Shown: positions 51,820-64,000 of the stretch, piece by piece
Numbering within the stretch: the stretch's first letter is position 1
Layout: each line of letters opens with the position of its first letter
Source: Eledone cirrhosa
Taxonomy: Eukaryota
Direction: 5' to 3'
Assembly (NCBI GenBank): GCA_964016885.1
Contig: OZ024753.1
Span: 18,786,001-18,850,000 of the forward strand
DNA length: 64,000 bases
Position numbers and translations under genes: made by a program
The notes under the pieces: model-generated
The model's database searches: none
Seen by the model: the letters and a program-made list of their open reading frames with translations, nothing else
What the model was told of the DNA's origin: nothing

Positions 51820-53209
51820 GCTCTCTCTATCTACCCCCCCTCTCTCTCTCTGTATCTGTTCCGTTCAAGTTCCGGTACAACATATGTAACGTATGACTAA
51901 ATACGTGTACGTCTCTAGTTAGAAATCGTAGCAATGCATTAATCAGGCATTATCATTATACATATTTAGTGCCATGAAGAATGTGGAGGTGAAGATTTAC
52001 TTGACATTGGATAACATTAATCTTTAAATATAACATCTACTATGATATTCCATTAAATATCTATTTCGTATTCATTTAAGCATTAACTTAGAATATGAAA
52101 TGTGGTATCATCACTCTTCCGTCCGGAATGTCGGTGTTACCATATTTTAGTTCTTTCATACACCTCCTGGTTAATTTAAGCTGATCTAACCATTTCCTTT
52201 CATTCTTCTGTGTTCAAGAAACTAAATATTATCAAGCATTTCGCTTCATTTCATCGTTTATAACACTATATATTTTAAGGCCATGTATTTATCTGCGAAA
52301 TTAGATTTTTTTAGAATGTTCAAGTGAACAACGGATCCACCTTTTCAGCTTTACACTTGTTCTAAGCAGAGATGATTTTCTTAGTTCATATACATCACAG
52401 AATATCCTTAAATATTTTCAAGATGTTATTCACCATTTTGTGAAACTTTTAGTTGCAGTGTTCGTCCGATGCCTATTGTTGTTTTTGTTGTAGTTGTTAA
52501 TATATTTCTCGTATTGCTGATATCTTCAATGTAGATTTTCTTTCATTTTTGCTGCTACGATTTTGGGAGGTCCTTTTTTATAGCTGTTATTGATTTTGTA
52601 GATCATATTGTGAAATTACTAATTGTTTCCTCTGCCCCATCCCACTTCTATTTTGTTAATGTCTTTACGCAACGACGTTCGACGGATTTCCACACGATCT
52701 CGGCATTTTCCTCATTTAGGGAACCGGAAAAGGATGCAATACCTTTCAGGCTTAGATGTCCTTCATCTGTGTTTGCTCTCGGTTTTTCGTTTCGTGAAGG
52801 ATGTGCTGTCTCCTCCTTCTGTATAAGATGACTCTTGAGCTTTACTGCGGAAGCTGTCACAGGGAATCCCGCTCGAAGTGGACCATAGGAGGTCTGTAAT
52901 TGTTTCGAACACTTCGGAAATGGATATGGTCGGAAACTTCTTAGAGGAATATAACAGGTTGACGGGGTTAAAAAGTCAAGTCGGATAAGTCGAGAAATAT
53001 TCAGCCCGCTACAGGGAGAGCGAAATATATGCCTTTCAAATACGTTGTCGGAGGCTCGACGGACAGACTGGTCAGGCTGCTCGAGGTCTTATTATGTCCG
53101 GGACATCCAAGCCGATAGGAAATGGGTCGAGGTAATAAGCAGGCTGGTCACTCTTACACAGAAATATGAGGATAGGAAGCTATCCCTGTTATTATTATTA
53201 CCATGTCCA

Positions 53210-53405
53210 AGGGTGGTGAATTGGTAGTATCGGTAGAACGTCGGACGCCATGATTTGATGCATAGAATTACGGACCTTGCCATTCTGAGTTCAAATCCCG
53301 CCGAGGTTAACTTTGCCTTTCATCCTTACGGGGTCGATAAAATAAATTACCAGTAATGCACTGGGATAACTGCTGGCCTTGTACTAAAAGTAAAAACAAT
53401 TATTA
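53210..53405 (+). mobile_element. tRNA-derived SINE (octopus-type)
   Basis: ctgagttcaaatcccgccgaggttaactttgcctttcatccttacggggtcgataaaataaattaccagt; (TTA)n tail. Confidence 0.8.
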
Positions 53406-54630
53406 TTACCATGTCCTCCCTTAGGAATGCCCTTAAATCCTGGTTGAGTCAAGATAACGGACCACATCCAGTGTTCTGAGATATCCATTGGATTCTCTCT
53501 TGTACAATTACTATTAATATTACCATTATTATTGTTGTTGTTTTTTATGTTGTTGTTATTGTTATTATGGCACTTACCGCTGGCACAAATCATACGATTG
53601 AATCTAGGAGGGTTGCCAATTTCACATCAGTAATATTTGTATTCACGCTCTATCTCATATTTAAAACTATAACACAACGAAGTAAATTGGCGCAGAACAG
53701 TAGTTTTCTCGGATAATCCCTCGTGTTTGTACTCCACTGACAATGAAGTTATGAGAAGATTAATATCAACAAAGTTGTAGAAATATGATGAATATTTCAG
53801 TTCATAATTTTATTTGTTCATTAATATGAATATTTGTTTTTTTTCTAAACCTATACATGGAATAACGTTGAACTAAACATGAGGTAGTGTTTCCAGTTCA
53901 AAAGGTCTCCAAAAATAGTCTTTATTTAATATTTGACATCATTTCTAAAATTTCATTTGCATTTTGGAAATATTCCATGATAAAATTCTGCCATGTCTTT
54001 TTTATTAATTCTGAGCAACTTTAGAAAGCAATAAAGACATAAAAATTGATTTTATGTTACTTCGAATTAATTTAATTCTTTAGAATATATTTTAGTTCAG
54101 TTTGTAGAATCTAGAAGATCAGATCAATAGTATTTTCCCGAGTTTCTTGTCTGATTTAACCCCCAATTTTTAAGAATCACTGGGGAACGGATATGTACTT
54201 TAATTTAGCGTTTCTTATTAATCTCTGTTTTACTTATTTCAATTTTAATATTTGTGTCTAAATAGTTTTTGTTGTCGTATTGTTATTGCGGGCTTCTTAC
54301 ACTGCAGCATTACTCTAGGTTTAATGCAGCGTTTTATTTCATTTCTTTCTCATTGATCTACGTAATAACGGTTTCATATTCTGAATGTGGTGTGTGTGTG
54401 TATGCTCATATATATATGTTAGGTAATTCCGAAGAAAAGGCAAAGGAAAAGAGAGTGCTCTATGTAATTGAACAGAGCTATATAATTAGAAAGTGAAAAA
54501 CACAAAATATAAATACTCCGTTACCAAAGGTTTCACGAACGAAGACAATATTAACATACGTCTAGATCGTTCATAGTCTAGGGTCCTGGAACCTTTGGAT
54601 GGAGTAGTTATATATTGTGTTGTTCACTTC

Positions 54631-54677
<47 letters not shown>

Positions 54678-54804
54678 TGTAATAAACAACATAAGGTAAT
54701 TATTTCATTTACCAGTGGTTTCTTGGAAGCACTCTTTTTTCTTGAGAGCACTCTTTTCTCCTGGATCTTTCCGACGGAATTACTTCATATATACATATAT
54801 ATAA

Positions 54805-55316
54805 AGAATTTGAAGTTTGAAAGCCACGACAATCTTAAGAAACAGGGCTTGTTTGTTTAACTTAATTTATTTATATGTCCTGATATTTCGAGATTAATAT
54901 CTCTTCTTCCGAGGAAAATAAATGAACGATTCCAGTGTCCGATGTGGCTTGCATTGTCCTGCTGGCCGGATGTGTTTTTATTTATTTGTTTTTTCTTAAC
55001 ATCTTTTGTTTTAGAATTAAGGTCTGGACAAGTCTAGGGGCACAGTGTTGTTTCCCTTTAAATCCGCTTAGACGCATATACACTAAAACAAAAGAGGTTA
55101 AGAAAATAATAATAACGCCTCATCCGGCCAGCATGATTTAGCAAGGCACATCGGACACTAGGATAGTTCCTTTATTTTCCTCGGAAGAAGAGATTTTACT
55201 CTCGAAATATCAGGACATAGGAATAAATTAAGGTAAAAAAAGAAGCCCTGTTTCTTACGATTTAATTATTTTCCCTCCAAACCTGCATTGTCGTGGCTTT
55301 CAAACTTTGAATTTCA
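54805..55316. repeat. Diverged fold-back pair (arms about 210-230 bp), each arm with a hammerhead-like motif
   Basis: 54805-55014 is approximately the reverse complement of 55083-55316; (TA)n on both sides. Confidence 0.85.
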
Positions 55317-55429
55317 TATATATATATATATACACACTCACACACCTATTATACAGGCACACCGTATACTTTTGTTGTCTCTAGTTCTATATCTACTGTA
55401 GTACTACAACATATTGCTATTGTTCCTGT

Positions 55430-56060
55430 AAGATATCTGATTTATATTAAAGGTGTAGCTTCTTCAATTATCTACGTCGACTGGATCCAAATGTTCTTCC
55501 AGACCAGCGTTCTCAACATATTTGGTACATTCTGGAAGGCTTATCTTTAAGGAACAATGATGTTGCAAGTTATGCCTTCTGTTGTTATGGTTGTTTTAGA
55601 CATTTCATCAATATTCTCCCCTATTCATAGGGTTTTCTATTCTTTCCTCTCTCATTTTTATATGATTTCCTGTATTATTTGAATCTGTGATTTCCCTGTT
55701 TGTGTAGGTTTTGTCATTTTAGCTTTCTAGATCTAAGGGAGGTAACCACAGTGTCTGCTGCGTGTATTAAGTTATTTAGTCATGTGACACTAGTGTATCT
55801 GTTTGTTGTAAGTCTCTGCTGGCCATGATAGCGTTTTTTATAACTGTTGCCATATCACCATTGTTTTAATAATCGGTATTTGTATTCTGTCGTCATTGGG
55901 GAGATACTATATTGTTTGAATATATTGTTTATAATATTGGGGCCCTGAATTCCATCTTTATGGTTTTCTTTCTTTACATCTTCCTTCTCATTTTCTTTGA
56001 TTTGTATTTTTGGCTGTTTTTCGGTCTTCTTGTATCTTATCGATTTGATCATGAATGCGA
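55430..56060 (-). pseudogene. Possible degraded non-LTR retrotransposon ORF fragment (R4/Dong-like)
   Basis: Patchy minus-strand translations (LNNLIHAA, WKNIW) resemble the pre-RT region; many stops. Confidence 0.25.
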
Positions 56061-57374
56061 TTTCTAACTATATTGAAACATTGAGAAATATGGTTATACT
56101 TGAGAGGGGTGGTTCGTTCCATGCTCTCCCCAAAATGGAACAATACCGGTTTCAACAGACCTTTTTCAAAATCAGATACAAAATTGCTGAAAAAGTTATA
56201 TGAAAACACAAAAGTTTATATAAAGTATCTGTTTTCTATGAAACATTTCTAAAAGTAGAATTATGTATATCTTTATTTAGATCGTGTCGGGTGATCTATA
56301 TTTCACCTGATATTTTTGAAACTATGATAACTTATCGCAGGCCAGTGATTTCGATGATAATCCATTCTTCGTCTTATCTGGATTCTGCTGTTTTAAACAT
56401 TTATCACTGCAACCATTATGTGAGGTGAAAGGAATTGTGAAAGATATTCAGCTACATGATTGATCAGTGAAGATGTAGCAAGTAATTTAATTTAAACCAT
56501 GTATTTCGGGTGACAGTTATATTTTGCAGTAGAAAAACTTTTAGAATGATCGTCTTCTCCAAAGGCGGTTACAACTATAAAACATACGACATAATTTCGT
56601 CTTCATGTTTTCCTTGTTGTTCTTTGTAACATAGATAGTATACCTAACATTTAAAATCAATTATTTAGGGTGAAAACTATATTTTATAATTGAAAATGTT
56701 TTACGGTGATCACTGTGTAAAATGGCGTTTGCAATCATTTATAAAACATACGACAGAATTTAGTCTTCATTTTTTCCTTGTAACTGTTTATCATTGTAAT
56801 ATAGATAAGATACATTTCGGTAATATAACCTTAGTTAATATTAGCTGCTTCTGTTTGCAAAATGAGCCTTATGTTTAGTGGGAATAAATCATTACGTTAT
56901 CTAGAACAATATTGATTTATAATTAATGTCGGAGTTATAAAGTGTTCGATATATTTCCGTTGTTGCTGTTCATGATAATCTGCTTCTATATTTGTCTGTA
57001 AATGTTTACAAGGGAAGTTTAATCAATAGAATTTGGTTTTATGATTATGCTAAATATACATTTGAGAGTCAGTGCATAATGTACATACGAAAACACTTAA
57101 AATGTCGCCGGTCCAGTGGACGAGGTTGAACATTATTACCATGTGGCAGTGTCATTCTTCCATTCAACTAGTAAAATGCTATTTATACAAACCACAGATA
57201 AACTGCTATATTTCTGCATATTAAATGAAGATTCGGTATAAGAATGCGGATAGTAATACGGATTTTATCGGCTTAGCTCGCACAAACAAACATACAAACA
57301 GTACCAAACACAGTCATATAGACGCATGTTTAGACAAATCAAACCTACACACACATATGTATATATTTATATTG

Positions 57375-57458
<84 letters not shown>

Positions 57459-57634
57459 CCAAAATTAGATTAAGAATTCCATGTCTGAGAATATCAGAAG
57501 CACGCGCCATACCACCTGTGGAATAAGGTCAAAGATTCTAAGCAATAAATCCGAGTATTCATCAACAATAAGTTAAAATTCGAATAACATACACACACAA
57601 ATATATATATATATATATATATAAGAATGTATGT

Positions 57635-58004
57635 ATAGTATATTTGGCAATATACCGTATGTTTAATTTAAAAACATTTTGAAGACCTCTGCTATCATTT
57701 TAAAAGTAGTGACTATGTCACTTACTTCTCTTTTCGGCAAAGGGAGGGAGAGAAGCTGACAGATTCTGTTTCACACTGTTGGTGATCCTCCCGCCTTTGC
57801 TGAAAATTATAGCGGCTGGATTCTTATATAATTACAGCAATAATCAAATGACTATACAGGAAATGACTATACAGAGCGATTGCCTGTCCTGCAAAATTTA
57901 AAAATTAAAAAGATTGGTGCTCTGAAATAGCGATGTATACATGAATTTATGAATAGTATATTTAGCAATATATTGTATGTTTAATTAAACAAATTTTGAA
58001 AACC
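57635..58004 (-). mobile_element. 318-bp unit with ~52-bp terminal redundancy and a core-deleted hammerhead
   Basis: 57635-57688 repeated at 57953-58004; long stem at 57731-57806 encloses t-cac-caaca-gtg-t GAAA cag-aat-ctG TC. Confidence 0.6.
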
Positions 58005-58042
58005 TTGAGTTGAAGATTGTGTTGTTATTTCTGTTTACCTTT

Positions 58043-58096
<54 letters not shown>

Positions 58097-58325
58097 TAAA
58101 ATGTGGAGAAGGAGCACATGAGTTGGAATATATATATAAGGAGAAAAAAATGATTATTAGGAAGAAAAAATATTTTTTTCCTTATTTTGTTCTCTTTTTT
58201 TTCTGGGTTAGAAAATGTTTAAAACAAAATATTTTACTTTGTGTGATGTGTTAAGGTATAGTCAATTTATTTATTAATTAACAATAGCCTTTATTTATTC
58301 ATTATTTTATTTATTTAATGATTAT

Positions 58326-58365
58326 CAATTACCGGTTTCAGCATTTTATGCATTATCAAATTATG
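58326..58365 (-). ncRNA. Minimal hammerhead, U3-A8 variant
   Basis: Minus: taat TTGATAA t gcat-aaa-atgc t GAAA ccgG TA attg. Confidence 0.65.
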
Positions 58366-58594
58366 TGAGTGGCAGAGAAAAAAAGGGGAATTTGTATTGG
58401 TTATGGTGATGTTGAACATGTTATTGAAATGGGAAATAAAGAATAATATTATTTACAAACAAGGTTTTTGAACCAAAAAAGGGTGATGTGAACATAAGGT
58501 AATAAATAATATTATTCTTTCTTTCCCATTTCAATAACATGTTCAACATCACTTTAACCAATACAATTTCCCCCTTTTTTTTCTCCCAGTCACA

Positions 58595-58632
58595 TAATTT
58601 GATAATGCATAAAATGCTGAAACCGGTAATTG
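58595..58632 (+). ncRNA. Minimal hammerhead, U3-A8 variant
   Basis: taat TTGATAA t gcat-aaa-atgc t GAAA ccgG TA attg. Confidence 0.65.
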
Positions 58633-58843
58633 ATAATCATTAAATAAATAAATTAATTAATAAATAAATTAACTAATATCTTAACACTTCACACAAAGTA
58701 AAATAAAGAGAAAAGTATATTTTCTTCCTAATAACCGTTTTTTTCTCCCTATATATATATATATATATATATATAAATATCCAGGAAAAACTTGAACCGT
58801 TAAGATCTTCCTGGTTATGTCAATATTTATGAAACAAACTTTG

Positions 58844-58904
58844 TATTTTATCTGATGAGGGCGTACCAACATTTTGGTACCCTTGACATATATATAATGG
58901 AATA
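58844..58904 (+). ncRNA. Hammerhead with GAAA changed to GACA (likely inactive)
   Basis: tattttat CTGATGA gggcgtaccaa-catt-ttggtaccctt GACA tatata TA atggaata; 8-bp stem I including two G-U pairs. Confidence 0.7.
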
Positions 58905-59056
58905 AATATGGTTTTATAAATATAGTTTCCATTTATTTAATATCATTGAATATTATACTTCAGAAAACATGTCGAGTGCTTTGAATCAGTTATAAACATT
59001 TATATTTGTTGAATTACCAACAAAATGAATAGCCCTTTTGGTAATATATATATATA

Positions 59057-59307
59057 ATTAAAATAACAGATTAAACTTTAAGCAGAGAATCGCTGCTTTC
59101 ACCCTTAACGGCAACATCTGAAATAAAAAAAAATTTCAGTTTGTGGATGCAGAAGTAAATATTTCGAAAAATTTAATTTTTCGAAAATTTGTTTTTTCGA
59201 AATATTTACTTTTGCGTTCACAGATTGATTTATTTTAGTTTCAGAAGATCCCGTTAAGGAAGAAAGCAGCGATTCTTTGCTTAAACTTTAATATGTTATT
59301 TTAATAA
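59057..59307. repeat. Diverged fold-back pair (arms about 115 bp)
   Basis: 59057-59171 is approximately the reverse complement of 59193-59305. Confidence 0.85.
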
Positions 59308-59697
59308 ATATTTGCTTTAGGGTTCTTATATATTTGATATATATTTATCCTTATATGTGTGTGTATATATATAATACAAGGACGATTTGTGAAGCCTTCA
59401 TTATTTTTATTGATTGGTGACGCACGTTCGCTATAGATCAGCTCAAGGTTCAATCTGGCCTGTCACTGGAATCAAAAGCTCGTGGGAGCTCTACTGTTAC
59501 AATGAGAAAATGAACATGTAGTGTATAGATATGTCAGTAACATTTCGGTTTCATGTGATCGTCAATTTATGTTGTTTTAATTGGTGGTGTCACTGTGACG
59601 AGTGTTTTGGAATGTGTGATAGGTGGGGGAGAGCATAGTGACGAGGTACTGAAACTGTTCTACACCTTTAGAAGCCATTTCTATATTAAATATATAT

Positions 59698-59867
59698 ATA
59701 TCGTTATATTTGGGGAGGGTCGTATTACTATAATATTGCCAGAAATAATAATAGAACACAGTCACTGTTTGGTTGGTTTTCGCTTCTGTATCTTTTATAT
59801 CTCTACAGTTAATTTATCTGGCAATCAATGTTTATCATTGAGTAACCAACGGTTAAAAATACAGATA

Positions 59868-59870
<3 letters not shown>
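59698..59870 (-). repeat. Second copy of the dispersed element at 10285-10478
   Basis: Reverse-complement similarity; (TA)n on both sides. Confidence 0.8.
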
Positions 59871-59897
<27 letters not shown>

Positions 59898-59898
<1 letters not shown>

Positions 59899-61581
59899 CC
59901 AGGACAAGGAATACAACTACATCACCAATTTCAAGAGCAGAACCAGCCTATTCTACGGTATCCTAAAGACATACACATAGTAAGTAACAGGTAGGGCCTG
60001 CAAGCAAGCCACAGACATTTACATCAATATAGCCCCTCCTGATGACCTTAAATTAAGACCCATAATTACAGGTACCACATGTGAAACCACCGCCTAAGCA
60101 ACCTCCTAGAGAGTCTGCTTAAACCTTTCCTAAAACACATAAAAAAGCTTCATAAGGGACGACATTAACATGCTCAACCACCTTCCAACTACACTTAATA
60201 ATGAACATACCCTACTAGTAACCTTTGATGTCATCAATTTATATTCCAATATCCCACAAAACCTAGATATAGAGGCAATACAATTCTGGCTTGAAAATGT
60301 CCCTAGTGAACTCCCACAGCGCACCCCCAAAGAATTTGTGTTGGAGGGACTCAAATTCATCTTGGAAAACAATTTCTTCGAATTCAATGCCAAATACTAC
60401 AGACAGGAATCTGGGACTGCCATGGGCACGAAATTAGCCTCCTCATACGCCAACCTTGTCATGGGATATTTGGAAACCACTCTCTAGCGCAAAGTTCTAG
60501 ACAGATACAGGAACCACTTCTACCAACACATAAAATAACTCGAAGAGATATATGGACGACTGTTTCCTCCTCTGGCATGAAAGTATATATAGACTGATTG
60601 AGTTTAAAACCCTTCTGAATGGACTCAACACAAACTTACAATTCACAATGGATTACAGCCATGAACAACTCCCTTTCTTCGACATCCTCATCAAGAAAAC
60701 AAGCAACAAAATAGAAACAGACATATACTACAAACCCACTGACTCCAATCAATACCTTCCATTCAACTCGTGCCACCCTAGACACACCAACATGACAATT
60801 CCTTATAACCTAACCAGAAGGAGCTACACACGACTAGGAGAATTTAAAAAAACACACTTATCAGCAGAAACTACCCACCATCCCTAATCAACAATGGATT
60901 CCAACGTGCCCTAAAACTCGACATCCAGGAACTCAGACACCCCAAACCCAGGAATGAACCGCAACGGAAAACTGTACCATACATTTCCACACACAACCCC
61001 CTCAACAATGAGGCATTCGACACCATCCTCCAGAACATTCCTTTACTAAAAGGAGACCCAAGAATGAACAAAATCCTCCAAACACACAACATCATAAAGA
61101 GCAAAAGACAACCTAAATCCATACATAAACATCCTTACACAAGCTAAAATCCAACAAACCCTCACAATGAACCCTACAATAACAATAATGCAGAAGGCCC
61201 AACTGTGGCATATGAATAAATCTAACAGAAAGTTCGACATTCCATGTTAAACAAGGACAACATTTCACAGTTAAACACAACTTTACATGTGCATCTGAAA
61301 ACCTAATCTATGTTTTGACCTGCTCAGGTTGACAAGAACACTAAATGGGACAGATAAAAAACAGCCTCCAACAACGTAGGACCGTCCATAAATCACAAAT
61401 CAAAATACAGGGATACAGAAATATTGCATTTAGTGCACCCAACCAACATCCGCACTTTAAAATTTTCCCCATTTACAAATTCATAGAGGACGCTACTTTC
61501 ATCCATCGTACCAATAAGGAAACGTATTTCATTAACAAATTCCAACCTCTACTTAATGCACTAAACTTCGGACTAAACTAA
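59898..61581 (+). pseudogene. Degraded Penelope-like (Neptune-type) RT plus GIY-YIG ORF
   Basis: RPII, LVTFDVINLYSNIP, QESGTAMG, RYMDD, YYKPTD..QYLPFNSCHP, FTCASENLIYVLTC...GQ; several stops and frameshifts. Confidence 0.88.
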
Positions 61582-61942
61582 AACTGGAACGAACAATCAA
61601 ACATTTACAAATACCTATGTCTCTCTAAAGAGTCACCTCTCCCACACTCTATCTAATCCTTTTTCTTAAATAAATTAAATATCATCCAGCATGAATTACC
61701 TACCCCTGCATATTAACTCTCTAAAAAGGGAAATCATATCAAACCCCAGTCCACCATTTGCCTCCATCATGGATCAACTAAGCACTCTTGCTATATTAAC
61801 ACACTTTCACATTGATTTATTATGCTCCACATTACGCCCTTTTATTCTTTTTACTTCATAAACCTTTTTTGTAACATTATTCTTTCTGCACCATTTCTTT
61901 AATATGTCCAACACCACCATTCTACACCAATACATATTATCA

Positions 61943-61980
61943 TCATTTGATAATGCATAAAAATGTTGAAACCGGTAATA
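61943..61980 (+). ncRNA. Minimal hammerhead, U3-A8 variant (third copy)
   Basis: TTGATAA t gcat-aaaa-atgt t GAAA ccgG TA ata. Confidence 0.55.
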
Positions 61981-62242
61981 GACAATTATTAAATATATAA
62001 ATAAATAAATAAATGCCATTGTTAATTAATAAATAAATCAACTAATATCTTAAAACTTCACAAAAAGTAAAATATTTCGTTTTAATCATTTTCTAACCCA
62101 GAAAAAAGAGAGAAATAAATAGAAAGGGAAAAAATAAATATTTGTCTTCCTAATAATCGTCTTTTTCTCCCCGTTTTCATATATAAGGCTCTGATACCTT
62201 CAACACCATAAACACAGAGCTGGCATATCTTAGAACTGACTA

Positions 62243-62298
62243 ACTACCTGATGAGGTCATAGCCATTCAATGGCTATCATCGAAATATATATAGCAGT
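62243..62298 (+). ncRNA. Type I hammerhead, probably the 3' ribozyme of the Neptune-type element
   Basis: actac CTGATGA ggtcatagcca-ttcaa-tggctatcatc GAAA tatata TA gcagt, followed by AATAAA. Confidence 0.75.
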
Positions 62299-62338
62299 AA
62301 ATAAAGTTTATGAGTTCATGCAATTGACTTATATTTCT

Positions 62339-62400
<62 letters not shown>

Positions 62401-62403
<3 letters not shown>

Positions 62404-62446
62404 ACAAAGTTCTTTCGTCACAACTATGTGACATCATCAGTGGTAC
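62401..62446 (-). ncRNA. Minimal hammerhead of the Naiad-end type; degenerate inverted partner at 62553-62598
   Basis: Minus: acca CTGATGA t gtcaca-tagt-tgtgac GAAA gaac TT tgtg. Confidence 0.65.
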
Positions 62447-62595
62447 TATTATGTTTTCTCCCGTTGTATTGCAAAGCCGACGATATTTTTATTTAATTAA
62501 TTTATTTATTCTTGTCTCTGAATAAATAAATAAATGCAATAGGCATTACAATACCACTGATGATGGCACATATGTGTGAAGAAAAAACTTTGATG

Positions 62596-62770
<175 letters not shown>

Positions 62771-62863
62771 ACACTGGAAGGTAATATCTGTAGTGGTAAC
62801 ACAGCAGTAAGTTCACCATACCGAGAACAATTGTTGTGTTACCACTTCTATATATATATAAAT

Positions 62864-63533
62864 ACTCATGTCGGATTTGTTTATCGTAAACTCGTGAGCT
62901 GATTTTCCGATACTCGATTATTCTATTATATTTAGCTCTAGACTTAGCTATTGACCATTTAATTTTATTGTTCATTTTTTGTCGATTCTATTGAATGATG
63001 AATAGCTCCTGTTTATTTTAACATGTCTATCGAGCACTCTTATTCGATATGTGGTTTCCCACATTACCGAAAATTTTTCGCGGATATAGAGGTTATCTCC
63101 CTTGCTGGACTCCATGTGCGTCCCAGCTAAAGTTAGCTTCTTTATTCGTTTGGACATGACCCGTTGATAAAGTGTTCCGGACCATCCGCTCTCTAGAAGT
63201 CTTATATATTTTTATGTGGGCTGATAGGGGGCGGATTAAGGAATTGCAGAAACCCAAGAAGCTAGATTTACCATCTTTCTAGTGGGTCCGGGTAAGTTTT
63301 TACATTCATATGAATTATTGATTTATTGATATTTTATTTGAGTGACCCGAATCTTCCTGGTCGTTATTTTTCGGCTGCATGGGTGATTTTAGGCATAATC
63401 TTTGTGTGTTGGTATTTTAACGATGGTTATAGCTCTGATTTATCTGAATTATTGAGCCCTCTGCCACTCATCTCGGTTTTGTTTATCGTAAACTCGTGAG
63501 CTGATTTTCCGATACTCGATTATTCTATTATAT
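62864..63533 (+). mobile_element. Retrozyme-like 602-bp unit with 68-bp terminal redundancy
   Basis: 62864-62931 repeated at 63466-63533; one hammerhead inside. Confidence 0.75.
63159..63293 (+). ncRNA. Large type I hammerhead, U3-A8 variant
   Basis: acccg TTGATAA [long stem II: ttcc/ggaa, atccgctct/gggggcggat] GAAA ccca..ctag..ctag tggG TC cgggt. Confidence 0.78.
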
Positions 63534-63580
63534 ATAATAAATTCTATTATATATAATACATTCTATTATATATAATAAAT

Positions 63581-64000
63581 AAACATAACCTCAATATTAA
63601 GATAGTAGAAAGACCAGGTACCTCCGTAAAAACACTTATTAGCAAGACATGCCCGTTCCAAAGACCCTCATGTATAGATAAGAAATGTATAACCTGTAAA
63701 ATAAGCCCACATATTAACTGTAAAACTAGAAATGTAGTGTATAGCATAAGATGTACTGAAGGACAATGTAGAGACAAAAATATAGTGTACATAGGTGAGA
63801 CAGCTCGTAGTATAGGGGAACGAATAAATGAACACTGGCGAGACCTTCAAGATAATAAAGAATCATCTGTGCTCTACCAACATGCTAAGATAGAGAATAC
63901 GGGTAAATTAGAGAACATAGAAATAAAAATAGAATCCACACACAGAAAAGATGCAATGTTTAGGCAAATTACAGAGGCAGTAAGCATAAAAGAATTACAA
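63581..64000 (+). CDS. Naiad-type PLE GIY-YIG fragment, 5'-truncated, running off the window
   Basis: KIVERPGTSVKTLISKTCPF...[18 protein letters not shown]...[16 protein letters not shown]...FRQITEA; paralog of 9430-9840. Confidence 0.9.

Larger units (their letters stand above)
58133..58752. repeat. Diverged fold-back pair with U3-A8 hammerheads; third copy at about 61880-62180
   Basis: 58133-58455 is approximately the reverse complement of 58507-58752. Confidence 0.85.

Noticed and set aside
51950-53200. Possible degraded coding sequence on the minus strand
   Set aside because: Short open stretches with no domain I can recognise.

Overview
This is an AT-rich, repeat-only eukaryotic window. 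It is most likely Octopus, inferred from a tRNA-derived SINE resembling octopus families, and I found no host gene. Roughly 40% is compound (TA)n microsatellite, with a 200-N gap, and these tracts produce the spurious Ile/Tyr ORFs. Embedded in the (TA)n tracts are three Penelope-like retroelement coding pieces (two Naiad-type, one Neptune-type). There is also an intact 2224-aa Helitron2/Helentron-type Rep-helicase with a C-terminal USP-type protease, two deleted canonical Helitrons, a CR1 fragment, SINEs and MITEs. The main hidden signal is RNA structure. The 470-bp and 424-bp tandem 'satellites' carry one type I hammerhead ribozyme per unit, matching non-LTR retrozyme (putative circular RNA) arrays. 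About 15 further hammerheads or remnants from distinct families are scattered through the window. Several have variant cores (U3-A8 covariation, U-U or A-A closing stem II). Many lie in terminally redundant monomers or in head-to-head inverted pairs whose 3' ends point into (TA)n. All structures were read by eye; no folding or database search was run.
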